A DNA stretch of 64,000 nt from Phoronis australis (Eukaryota; Animalia; Phoronida). Below the pieces are notes generated by a model. That model was not told the origin of the DNA and made no database searches. It was given only the letters and a program-made list of their open reading frames with translations. Within the stretch, counting starts at the first letter, position 1. Each line of letters starts with the position of its first letter. Location of the stretch: contig NMRA01000003.1 in the NCBI GenBank assembly GCA_002633005.1, positions 2,102,727 through 2,166,726 of the forward strand. The letters are read 5' to 3'. Shown here one piece after another: positions 52,901 through 64,000 of this stretch. The position numbers were made by a program, and so were the translations under genes.

Positions 52901-55900
52901 ATTGTTTAAGTGACTAGGCTAGAGAAGTGGAGAACGGTAAAAATGGCTGCTAGATGGCACAGAATGTGTTGACTACATGAGTAAACGGAAAAGCGTTATC
53001 GTCCCTGTAGTAGATACCTATTAGCCAAATTTCGTGAAAATCTGTCAACAAACTCTGAAGCTAAAGAGGTAGACATAAAAACCCTAAAATTGCCACTAGC
53101 AGATAAAGTGGTAGTCGGATCCATCCCAGAATTTGCTCACACTGTCCAATCCACAATAGGAACATGTCTGCAAAATTTCCTGAACATCTACCAAGAGGCT
53201 ATGGAGATATAGCAGTGGACATCAGCCAGGCGAACGACCGAACAGCTGGGGATGACGGCATAATGTGCCCACATACACACACAAAAATAATAACAATTCT
53301 TCAAATTGGAAGTGTGATACTGAGAAATAGGCGCACACTATCTGACTGACTTAATCATTGTTGTACCAGTTTTGTTATCTGTTTTTAACATTGTCGCTCA
53401 AGTAAAAAACACACTGGTATACACTGGGGTTGGGACTAAAAATTTTGGGCAACTCAGTCATTGAGCATAGTTATCTGAACTGAAATGCAAGGGAACACAA
53501 TTTTTGTAACTCAATCACATTTTCAGAACTTTCCGTACTGCCCCACACTTCCGCTTTGAGGAACTTAGTGTTGTATGCAACAGAAGCAACAAGAAGCATT
53601 GGCTTACACCCAGAAGCTTGCCCTTCTAGACAGAGATGGCAACACATGCAGTGGTGAACTGTACAGGCTTACCTTCAGTAAGGTCAACCTCTTCTTGTGA
53701 AGCCTGGGGCTGATTTGAGGCGGCCGGGCGTGACCTCTGACTGCCCACCCATTCAACACCATCATCAGACTCATGCCACTCCCCACTCTCGTCCAATTGA
53801 TTGTCACTAGGGGTCTCATCACTGATGTCTTCTTCCTTCTCCATCTGTCGAGCTGCCTCCAATTTCTGTAGAAACAGCTGCAACAAAGCACAAGTCACTG
53901 ATGAGTCGCCATACTAACACACTAACACCAAAATGCTACATAAGCCCATGATGACTTCAGACACTGAAAAGCCACCACAGTCCAGTAACGCAGAGTCACC
54001 GATGAGCATTCATATTTATGCACGAACAGCAAAATGCTACAAGATAGCAAACGTGGACTTCAGACAACGACAACAGTTAACACAGAAATGCAACATGACA
54101 GTATATTTGGTAGATACTAAGATGACAGTTTTGCAGAACTGCATTGGGTTCAAAATAGAATGCCATTGAGTGTTATTTCAACTAATTCAATCAGCATAGA
54201 TCTGCTGAAAACTGGTTATGCAACTAAAGCCATTGTACCTGACCACAATCACTAGTCTACACACACCGCCACTATTCTACATACACTCAGCTGTACTAGA
54301 ACCCCAGCAGCATCCATCACTATTCTACTTAGAATCACCTGCACTAGAGCCTCAGGAGCGTCCAGACAGTCTTCCTGAGTGAGGGAGTCATAAGAACTGA
54401 CAGTCTCTGCAGTGAGTAACCGCCGCCTGTTGAGATCGCTGTGCTCTACCAAGTTGATCAACAAACCAACACCCTAAAACAGTTTTAAAGACATATTCAC
54501 TTATCCAACGTGACAGTGGCTTGTTGTTACAGTTTTGTAGGACAGGATAAACAGGCATTGTAGCCTGGCTTATAATGTTTAACTAGCCACGGTAAACAAA
54601 GTACAAATGTGTACATTGCACACAGTTACGCAGTGATGAGGTGCGTTTCCAGGATCAGGGGCAGATGACTTGTACAGAACAGACATAAGAGGCACTGCTT
54701 ACACTCCTTCAAAACACAAAAGTGACAGAGCTAGACATGGGAGGTTCCAACCCACTGGCTTCCGTTCGGGTGACATTTTTACAAGGATGTAAACATTTCA
54801 TCTTCAAATTAACGCTTTGATACAAGAAGAACACCATTTTCATGCAAAAAGTGGGAGTAGTAATGAAATTATCCATACCAGAACCAGAATATCAAATCTC
54901 TCCTTCATGGGTACATATTGTGGTGACTGCAGAACACATAGTAAGACTGTATTAATAAGTCCATCTTGTTCCCCCACACAGAGGCTGGCATGCTCTGTAA
55001 AGGCATAAATCAGTTTGTAGGCTGGTAAATTACTTATTCACAGTGAAAATGTAGACTTCTAGCTAGCAATATGACTTCTACAAGTGGTTGCAAGGGTCAA
55101 CGTTTCAAGACCTCTACTTTGTTTGATCAAGATAGTGAGAAAAATATAAAACGGCCAAATTCCAAGGTTGAATGTTGTAACGACACTTCATTTTCTACTT
55201 AACGATTACTGGACGTATTTTTGTAACATCAATATCCACACAAAATGTTCACGTGAACAACCAAGAGGAATGACTTCAAAAGCACGTGGTTACAAAACTG
55301 CCGAATAACAATTACACTCTAATTTTAAACTTGAGGCAAATAATGAAAGTTAAAACTAGAGAAAGACACACACTAAAAAGGTCAAAATGAACAAAACAGG
55401 TCAAGAGAGCCCCCCATTTTCCATGTCTCCTGTACAGCAGTCGGCAAACAGTCGGGAAAGTGTAAGTATGTCCAGAATGATGGACCAGAGCATTGAAATC
55501 AGCAAGCAGGAGATACTGACTTACCATTGTCATGAGTGAGATTCAGCAATACCCTCAGTATGGCCAACATACACTCCAGAATTACCCGTCCTATATGGCC
55601 TAGCTCACCCAACTCTTGGCCATACACGGCGATACAGCCTTCACAAATCTTCAAGGCTCTATGGTAAATACGTAAACAGACGGTCAAGCATGTAACAAAA
55701 ATACAAACTTGTCTGATTTCGCAACATACAAGAGTGTTCAATTGATAGCGAGGATAGATGTCTATAACATACAACTAGAGTGACACACGCGTTATGTAAT
55801 TAGTTGATGCCATTTTGATCAATACAAGTAACGAGAGAAAGCTTGGGTGGTGTGGTATTTTAACACAGATTAAACATCATGAATATATATAAACATGCTC

Positions 55901-58900
55901 TTATAATCAAGGAAATAAACAAAACAAAACAAAACAAAACACAACAAAATAATTAAAGCACCCTAGCAAACCAATACAAAACACAAGCCATAGCAAACCA
56001 ATACAAAACACAAGCCATAGCAAACCAATACAAAACACAAGCCATAGCAAACCAATACAAAACACAAGCCATAGCAAACCAATACAAAACACAAGCCATA
56101 GCAAACCAATACAAAACACAAGCCATAGCAATCCAATACAAAACACAAGCCATAGCAAACCAATACAAAATTCAAGCCATAGCGCACCTGCATACAGCTC
56201 TGATGAGCATCCCATTAGAATAGTTCACCATGAATGTCTGGTTCTCTGTACTCATGAATGAAACCTGCAAAGACAACACAACTACATGAGCTTAACGCGC
56301 ACACATATTGTGATAAGCGACACACCCTGCCATAAGACAACAAAGTCATCACAGTCCACTTCAGTCAAATACCAATTACTTAGTAAATCCAAGGAGAAGT
56401 GCTTTATAGCATTTGTTCAAAAGCCACTTTGAAGTTGCAATGCACCGCTGGCAAGTAGCTCCATCTAGCGTTCTGCTAACAGAAACGTTGCTTGCCATGA
56501 TTTGGTGTCCAAACAAGCCCAAAATAATAATATACTGATAAGAAAAATTGCAGTTTTTTTCATTTATTCCCTATTTGGAGAGAAATCTGCCTTTCATTGT
56601 CAGGTTCCCATAGAGGATATCGTAAAAATCGGCTTGCTTACTCTACTTATTTCTCAGCAATAGTCAGTTATAACATGCCCATATTTTGAGAACCAGTTTC
56701 ATGTCCGTTATTCAGTGTAGAAAACTGGTTCTCTGACAATTGCTTATTTCTCTACCACAAAAGTGCACACACACTATGCATGCCTAACTTGAAACATAAG
56801 CACCTGCATAAACACACCACATGTCATGTCCACACAACCATGTAGACCATAAGATATATATATATAAGGTCACCGCAATAACAATGTCTACTATCAAAGT
56901 TATGCAAGCCTAAAGCATGACCTCGAATACGGTAGACATTAAATGTTTGAACAATCTTGCCCAAGATTAATAAAGTAGAAACTACATTTTTTGAGATGAA
57001 TTAATCTTACCAATAGAGATTATTCAAGGTCGGTGAATTAGGCGTGGTGACCGAAATAAAATATATTTTTTTATTTTTCTGACATGTGTCACGTGACCAG
57101 TAAACCTACATTTTCCAGAACCTTGAGCCACCTATCCACTTTACTCAGTCTTTCAACACTGGCATCGTCCAAGTCCTGGGCACCCTCGTCAATGAATACG
57201 TCAATAGAACTGTGAACTGCAGCAAAATCATCAACAATTATCAACTGCCCAAGACTGCACTACATAAGATCACACTCTTGGCTGAAGCACAAGACTATTA
57301 CAGCGGCACAAATAACTAGTTCAGCACTGACTTTAAGTAACGAAAGCAGATTTCTTTGTTTGTTGCTTCAAAAACTATTCACTTTATCTGAGATTGCCGA
57401 GGATTCCGCGGTAACAGATAAGTTATTGTAAAAAAGATTATACAGTTTCTAGCCCTTAACAAAGCAAAAAATTACTGGAGCAAAATGACACACTTTCAAA
57501 GAATTTGGGCATATGGACTTAGAAAGAAAATAACTTACAATGTCCATAATCAACAGATACCCCACGGAGTTACAGCCAAACAACTTAAGTTATTGACATA
57601 TTCAATTTCAAAAATAACAAAGCAAAATGCATTTTGGCATTTAATGTATTAGATAATTCTAAGAGAAACTTTCAAAAAACAAGAGCAACGCAGAGCGTTG
57701 AAATGCGCCAACGAATGTATCGCAAATGGTGTGCTTTTAGGGTTTGTATCATAAAAATGTCCACTAGATGGCACAAAAACATACAATCCATCCAAAAATG
57801 GGAACATGCCATATTTCATAAAAATTTGTCAAGGAGAACTTCAGAGAAACAAAAGAAAACAGAACAAATGAAATTGCCACTAGTGGGCACAGCGTCCATT
57901 CCATCCGCCTAAAAGTCGTCGTCTGTTATCTTCATATAAATTCACTTACTAAATTTAATAAAGATCCTGCAGTGGGTTTTGGAGATACAGCTATGGGCGC
58001 AAAACAAAACTACCACAAGGAGGCGCCACAGTAGTCAGTTGCCATGATCAAACGTCCTTTTCACACTGAAAACATATACGCCAATTTTCAAAACCATCCC
58101 TAGAATGATTTGGTTGATCGAGGGGTGGACGCCAAAAACAAGATTTGAAAACAGAAAAAATGGCCACCAGGTGGTGCAAAATACCTCGAATCCATCCAAA
58201 AACAGGACGGTAGTATCATCTCACCAATAGATGCCTATATTCAAAATTTTATGAAAATCTGTTGAGGACCTTGAAGATACAGACTGGTAAACGTAAAAAA
58301 CTAAAATTGCCATTAAGGGGCACACCACTACTCAGATCTGTCCGAAAGTCGTCGTCATCCATTGTCAACATCATATAAATACACTTGCTAAATTAAGTAA
58401 AGATCTTGCAAACGGTTTAACAGATATAGCCATGAGCACAAAAAAAAACTGCCACTAGGAAGCGCCACAGTAGTCGAACTCGTCGGAAAGTCGTCATCAT
58501 CCGTCCACTTCATAGTAAAAACATACATGCATGCAAATTTTGACAATTATCATGAAAGCGGTTTGGTTGATAGACAGACTCGAAAACAGTAAAAATGGCC
58601 ACTAGGTGGCGCAAACTATGTCAAATCCATCTGAAAACAGGAGGATAGCGTCATCTCACTAATAGGTGCCTATATACCAAATTTTATGAAAATCCATTCA
58701 GGACTTTTGAAGATACAGAGGTAAACATAAAAAACTAAATTGCCACTAGGGGGCACACCGGTAGTCAGAGCCGTCCGAAAGTTCGCTCACGCTGTCCCAT
58801 CTACGGAAGGAACACATGTGCAAAATTCTATGAAAATACGTCTAGGCGTTTTGGAGATAGAGCAGCGGACGCCGGACGGACGCCGGACGGAGATGACGGC

Positions 58901-61900
58901 ACAATGCGTCCACATGTAAATATGTGAGCCATCTTACTGTCTTCAATTATGTGGTCCAGTCCATTCAGTAGCCTGAGTTCCTCTGTGAACCAGTCACCTG
59001 CCTTTTTGGATGTTAAACTCAGCAGGGCCTCCATGGCCAAGTAGTTGGTCTGTAAATAATGAACATTGATTTAGAAAGCAAATTATAGACCTTTTCTGTG
59101 CACCCCAGGAGCAACGCTACATACGCACGCACACACGCACCCACACACACCCACATACCCTCCTTAAACCCACAGCTGACTCAGACCCAGATGCGGTGGC
59201 TTGTAAAACATCTGAAAGGTGAATTTCTTTCACTTTTTCCTTGTTTAATCATAGTTACTCAGTAATAGTCTATAGTTTATCCAGGCGTACATTCATCCAA
59301 TCATGAAGTTCATCAGCAACATACCATTTTTCTCCTTCGTTAGCTGTAAATTCTTGACCTGCATTGCAAGAGCCCTAAGTTCACCGTAAAACCACATTAA
59401 TGATTTTGCTCACAACCAACGCTTGTGGGACAAAGATGGCAGATGATCGTCTTTACTGGTTTCCATGAAATATCGGAACAATCCACTTCCCACCATTCCC
59501 TGTCAAGATGGCTACTGTAACGAATTCAGCTCGAGACCCACCATCTTGACAGGGAATTTCAGGCCATTTTGTCGGATTATTTTTGGCGATTATTATATCG
59601 TACATTCTAGCCATTATAAGACAACATGGTTTAACTGGCAATGAGCGTATTCACACTTCAAAACAGCCATGGGCTCATCACATTGGACTTAGTACAAACT
59701 CATCCACCCATTCTCTCTGCCATATCTTCCCACACTCACATACTATTAGTTATCTTCTTCTTCTGAACTTGTCCATCAAACCCCAGAGTTTAGAAGTGTT
59801 CTATGATTTTCAAGGTCATTCCACACAACACATAGTACAGCACATCACATTACAAAGCACCCGTTGAACTTACTGATATGCGTGTGAGGTCAAGATCTTT
59901 AGCTCCACCCTCCTTCTGCAAAGTCTCACAAATAGTGGCTACTTTCTCTCTGGTTCTCTCATAGTCTTTATCATCACTGGCCTTGCGCCTACTGTTGACT
60001 ATTGGCTTGGAGCCTGATTTGTGGTTACTAACGCTCAACAATCTGAGCATGAGCTGGAGACTAGCTTTGTCTAGGTCCATGTTGAGCCGGTCTCGGCTCA
60101 TCATGTACATGACGAGGCCAACACACAGAGCCAAAGACTGGAACAAACAAAGAAAAATCAAATGATACAAGCTGCGTCATTTAGATCTTGGAAAAGCGCA
60201 TATGAAAGACAACAGCAGTATACTGTTGCAAGGCAGTGCTGCTCAGAAATAAATATAACCAGCTTTTGCGAATTAGAGATGTAGATTCTGGAGAAATGCA
60301 AAAAGCATAAATCTTCAAAAGTGAATAGAAAGCTGGTTACAAAACCATGCATTGTGCGAAACTTTCCAAAACAGAGCAGAAAACTGACAGATATAATACT
60401 TTTGCGCTCTCGGGTACTTTCACCGTGCCCTTTCCACCGAGACGTTTACTTATAACATAAACTATAACTTACTGAGTATGATGAAGCATCGTGTAGGAGA
60501 GCAAATATCTTGACCAACGTGCCATGAGCTCGCAGGTGCATGCGGAATGCTGGCATAGTGCACTTCTGGGCCAGACTGATTGTACTGCAATACAAGCATT
60601 CGCACATTATGACTGCTGAAATTATCACTCAGACTTAAAGGTTTAGATAAGAAGACAAAGTGTAACCGATGGGAAACAGGGCCACCAAGTGACTACAGTG
60701 ATATATTCCTAAAGTTCATTGGGTCAATATGCAGTTTTGGTTGAGTTTTAATTAATAACATTTAAGTTGGTGTTTTCCACTAAAAACGATTGGAAGTCAG
60801 TCAAGGGAGAAAAGGGGTGATGCTTATTTCTAAAAAGCTTATGAAAATTGTTTTTGACAAATTTATTATTTTTTAATTAAAATTAACATGTGGCTGAAAA
60901 CAATGTGTAAGCAGCTTGTCTCTAATTTAGAGCTTTAAATAGTACTTCTGGAAGCCTTGTCACAAGGCACTGAATGTATACAGTTCAGGTCCCAACAAAA
61001 TGCAATTCTAATGTTAGTACCATGAACATGCCAGGACATGGTGGATGTTGACTACTTGAATTGGATTAGCTTTTGTGGTTGTTCAACAACTACTCGAAAA
61101 ACATAAATAACAAATGAGCCCCTTATCCAAGCGATGGAAGTGGTCACTGGAATCTGGGACCAATATATCCAACCAATTTTACAGTCATTTAAAAGTAAAT
61201 CATGTTATGTGCAGGCTTTGGAGGATGCCAGACGAAAAATGACAAATGATTTTGACAATGGCAATGTTAAAATTATCCACGGCTGTCCTTCAAACAGTAT
61301 TAGGAGTTTATCATGTAGAATATGAAATTAAAAGACCTCATCTTCCAAACAGAAAGACAGATCTAGCAGCAGATGAGGCATGGAGCTGATGGCATAAACC
61401 TTAGCCAGAAAATTTTTGCTTTGAACTTTTATCGAGAAAAATTTTGTCATTTTTCTGAATACAGTAGCAATATGGAAATCAGCGGTGCATGAAAACCAGT
61501 GGATCATATCAAATTTTGACCAGACAGTATCGCCTAAGCGGAGGTAAAGCAAGAATTGTGCGTTACACTATAGATGTTCTATTACACAGCATGCTCCAAT
61601 GATACTCTACTGCCTTCACCACATTGTCTCCAGCTCATGGCATACCAGTGTTCCCAAGCTCCTGATCAACAATGCAATGCTTCAAATTATGCCATGTGAA
61701 CATCGCATTACACAACGGAGTGCCGGAGACAATGTCAGTGGAGGCAATAAAGCCGTACTGAAGCATCACATTCAACAAAAAGATTTTTAAAGTTAAGCAA
61801 ATTAAAGGAAAACATGCCACTCAAACACTCCAATGCGATAAACTATTAGAATTGAAATACCTAGTAATGGCAATGATGCACCTGGGACGAGCTGGCTTGC

Positions 61901-63253
61901 TAATACTTACCTGAGACACCTGACTGAAATAGACTGGCTATTATTCATGCCATCCATAATGTACTCCAAGTCATCCTCAAACTCCTGTGCTTCTCCCCTC
62001 TCTTGACACTCATGCGCCTCTTGTACATTGCGCACTACTGTGAACAGCTGTGGAAAGCAATACCGAGTTAAACAGACTGACTTCACACGCACAAGGCAGT
62101 ACATGTCTACAAGAAATAGATTTAACACAGAGCAAGAAACAGCAAGACGATGCTATTATACAGACTATAAAACGGACTTCTTCTCCAGCAACAGGCCTGT
62201 CCTTCGGTCTTAGTAAACCCCTTAGTGTGAGCGACTGCAGTGCTTCTAGTGAAAGTATCAATTAGCGTGGTAATGTAATGGTAAGATTATCAAGCAATTA
62301 GGATGTAAATGGAAGTAGATTCAAGGCAAACATTTTTATGACACTATGACCAGGCAGTCACCAGTCTCAAAATGCCACAATCCTGCCATCAAAATTGCAG
62401 CACCAGATCCATAAAGTTGGTGGGCTCGTGTTTGACGAACAACACAACTAAAATTCCAATTAAACTATTGTTTACATGTTATACATGGAAAGGAATCATG
62501 TTACTGATACAAAAGGAACCTGGTCTTTGTCATTTACCCGGGGAGTCCTTCTTCTAGAGAAAATAGGACATCTACATGAACACGATGCAGAATTCAACGT
62601 ACTGCACTTGTTTACATATGTTGCATTCTGGGAAATATAGGTCATGTGGCTCTTTTTAAAGTGAGTGAATAGTTACTGGTCATGAATGCAAGACTACCTA
62701 CTTTTGTCAAAGTTAATTTTTGTCGATTAAAACTAGATTTCACCCTGCTTAGCTGGCTATAAAACGGAAATCAAATTCAACCTTCTACTCCAATAACATC
62801 CGTTTAGTCCATACCGTGATAGGATTCTACTTCTGTTACCAACAAAAACATCGAAACCATCAGCGACTCAAGAGGACGCCTCACTATTTATTGGGGTTTG
62901 CCCACCCTGTGAATTCAGGAATAACACATTGCCTGTGACTTGAGCTGGTTATGGAAATGGAATTCTCTCACGATAAGGAATATTATGAGACGTGTTATTG
63001 AGAGTAAAAGGTCTACTTCATCTTTTCTTTTAGTCGGGCAACTTTCCAACTAATCGCAACGTCCAAATGTTTCTGACATTTCTTTTCCTCTTACCTGCTT
63101 TTGGTCTTTGTTCACCTTGACTGCTGTTTTGGGTTCCACTAGCCCTCCTCTCTTTGGCCACGTCACAGTTCTCTTCAAGGTTGGTGTCTCCTCAAAATTG
63201 GCATCAAACACATCGTCACTAGAGGGCACAGTCTGTGAGGTTGATGGTTCACT
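49890..63253 (-). CDS. WAPL: Wings apart-like (WAPL) cohesin release factor, 3' part: 14 coding exons joined (~602 aa + TAG); 5' exons outside window
   Basis: Manual splicing gives one continuous frame with all GT-AG junctions in matching phase. Peptides such as [84 protein letters not shown] and [13 protein letters not shown] match the WAPL HEAT domain as I recall it from vertebrate WAPL. Confidence 0.97.
50787..50882 (-). CDS. WAPL: WAPL exon ([15 protein letters not shown]...KFLSFISLT), 96 nt
   Basis: tttcag acceptor, gtaagt donor; LP.G.F and KFLSF conserved. Confidence 0.95.
51249..51337 (-). CDS. WAPL: WAPL exon ([30 protein letters not shown]), 89 nt
   Basis: ttacag acceptor, gtatgt donor; AGKHMED.IVASY conserved. 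Confidence 0.96.
51430..53285 (+). mobile_element. Nested or tandem Helentron/HINE-like elements in a WAPL intron
   Basis: 5' end aataagaacaacgtggagcattgaaatgcacccac at ~51501; internal degenerate tandem units (aaaatggccactag.tggcgc); GGAC-type microsatellite; 3' hairpin gcacccacatat-aa-atatgtgggcgc at ~52630-52655; a second 3' end near 53270. Confidence 0.8.
53673..53877 (-). CDS. WAPL: WAPL exon ([10 protein letters not shown]...DESGEWHES...EVDLTE), 205 nt
   Basis: ttgcag acceptor, gtaagc donor; SGEW motif. Confidence 0.95.
54339..54473 (-). CDS. WAPL: WAPL exon ([16 protein letters not shown]...APEALVQ), 135 nt
   Basis: ttttag acceptor, gtgatt donor; GLLINLVE conserved. Confidence 0.96.
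54879..54994 (-). CDS. WAPL: WAPL exon ([14 protein letters not shown]...ERFDILVL), 116 nt
   Basis: tttacag acceptor, gtatgg donor; GEQDGLI and RFDI.VL conserved. Confidence 0.95.
55525..55658 (-). CDS. WAPL: WAPL exon (RALKICEG...[12 protein letters not shown]), 134 nt
   Basis: ccatag acceptor, gtaagt donor; conserved VLLNLT.DN. Confidence 0.96.
55964..56183 (+). repeat. 27-bp minisatellite (tagcaaaccaatacaaaacacaagcca) x8 in a WAPL intron
   Basis: Directly visible. Confidence 0.97.
56188..56264 (-). CDS. WAPL: WAPL exon ([25 protein letters not shown]), 77 nt
   Basis: ttgcag acceptor, gtgcgc donor; ENQ motif; phase 2 fits the next exon. Confidence 0.92.
57110..57216 (-). CDS. WAPL: WAPL exon ([14 protein letters not shown]...[10 protein letters not shown]), 107 nt
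   Basis: ctgcag acceptor, gtaggt donor; phases 1 and 0 fit both neighbours; DRWLKVLEN corresponds to ERCLRVLES; absent from the ORF track. Confidence 0.92.
57678..58930 (+). mobile_element. Near full-length Helentron/HINE-like element in a WAPL intron
   Basis: aacaagagcaacgcagagcgttgaaatgcgcc start; internal tandem units; ggacgccggacggacgccggacgg; 3' hairpin cacatgtaaatatgtg. Confidence 0.82.
58938..59049 (-). CDS. WAPL: WAPL exon ([37 protein letters not shown]), 112 nt
   Basis: tttacag acceptor, gtaaga donor; conserved LLSLTSK.AGDWF.EELR. Confidence 0.97.
59495..59557. repeat. 63-bp inverted repeat (17-bp perfect arms)
   Basis: attccctgtcaagatgg - 29 nt - ccatcttgacagggaat. Confidence 0.9.
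59874..60137 (-). CDS. WAPL: WAPL exon ([23 protein letters not shown]...DLDLTRIS), 264 nt
   Basis: ttccag acceptor, gtaagt donor; conserved [10 protein letters not shown]. Confidence 0.97.
60473..60584 (-). CDS. WAPL: WAPL exon ([21 protein letters not shown]...ASSYS), 112 nt
   Basis: ttgcag acceptor, gtaagt donor; conserved FRMHLRAHG. Confidence 0.97.
61911..62047 (-). CDS. WAPL: WAPL exon ([14 protein letters not shown]...SISVRCL), 137 nt
   Basis: ttccacag acceptor, gtaagt donor; matches LYTVV...QEFxDDxEY...RCLS. Confidence 0.96.
63095..63253 (-). CDS. WAPL: WAPL exon (SEPSTSQTV...[11 protein letters not shown]), 159 nt
   Basis: ttgccag acceptor, gtaaga donor, open frame, phase 0 into the next exon; low-complexity linker just before the WAPL domain. 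Confidence 0.85.
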
Positions 63254-64000
63254 CTGGCAATAATATGCAAAATAATATGTTTAGAATGCTACGCACAAAA
63301 CACTAGACTACACATACTGCCTGAAGTCTCAAAGCAGGAATATTCCTGGACAGCGCCTTAGCATGACGCAAGAACACTGCAGCAGTGCACCCCCTGGGCG
63401 CATCTTTTCAAATGCAACTCTTCCAAAAATGGAAGATTGCTCTCAACTTACAGCCAGTCCCATAAAACATGACTCTGTTTTCATTTCGATTGGCCTTGGG
63501 GTTTCTGTTTCATAAGTTACCACTATAATTACACTAAGTCTGCCGGGCACAACTTTTTGAAAACAGGCTTTTATCATCAGGTTTGCCCAAAGGACAAAGG
63601 TTCAAAGCTGTTCAGGAATATCCCTGCTCAAAGTGATATGAAATTAAAGTTGAATAATTTCCTGATAATAATAAACACATTCATGGAAACGCCACATTTG
63701 AACTGGCAAAATTCCTTGGTCGTCAAACGCAAAATGGGGTCACGAAAAAGGAAAACCTATGTGCGTCGACTTTCTTACCTTTCTCCCTTTTGACAAAACC
63801 CCCTGCTGTTTGACAGTTCTCACGTGTTGGGTCACTTGTGTTTTCCCATTCAGCAACAGAATTAGTTGCTGTTGCCACCATTGGGGAGTTTCCCCATGTT
63901 CAACTGAACATTTCCCCCCAGCTCCATTACTTCCAGATGTAGTTTGATTGACGGTGACTTTGAGGAGATTTGGTGATTTTTACGTTACCAAACAAACTCT

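Noticed and set aside
55907-56215. Repetitive hydrophobic ORFs (LVFCIGLLW)n
   Set aside because: Translations of the 27-bp intronic minisatellite
63779-64000. Candidate extra WAPL exon ending at AAG|GTAAGA (63779)
   Set aside because: All three minus frames contain stops between 63.92 and 64.0 kb, I saw no convincing acceptor and no WAPL-like peptide

Overview
AT-rich eukaryotic (animal) genomic DNA. It looks like a marine invertebrate deuterostome, but the organism is my inference only. The right quarter (49890-63253, minus strand) holds 14 phase-consistent GT-AG coding exons, about 602 codons plus the stop, for the C-terminal half of the cohesin release factor WAPL; its 5' exons lie beyond the window. 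The left ~49 kb has no intact host gene. It reads instead as a densely packed field of decayed, mostly intronless reading frames on both strands, riddled with younger non-autonomous transposons (MULE-like, AcademH-like, hAT-like, Harbinger-like, Tc1/pogo-like, Helentron/HINE-like and a Penelope-like fragment). At three insertion sites, deleting the element and one target-site copy rejoins an open frame. My best hypothesis is a fossil integrated large DNA virus or giant mobile element; I could not recognise any hallmark gene by eye. A 1.45-kb element with CAC...GTG ends and a 5-bp TSD (19409-20858) carries a decayed motif resembling the Chapaev/RAG1 N-terminal zinc-binding domain. There is an assembly gap at 40867-40954 and a single N at 28751.
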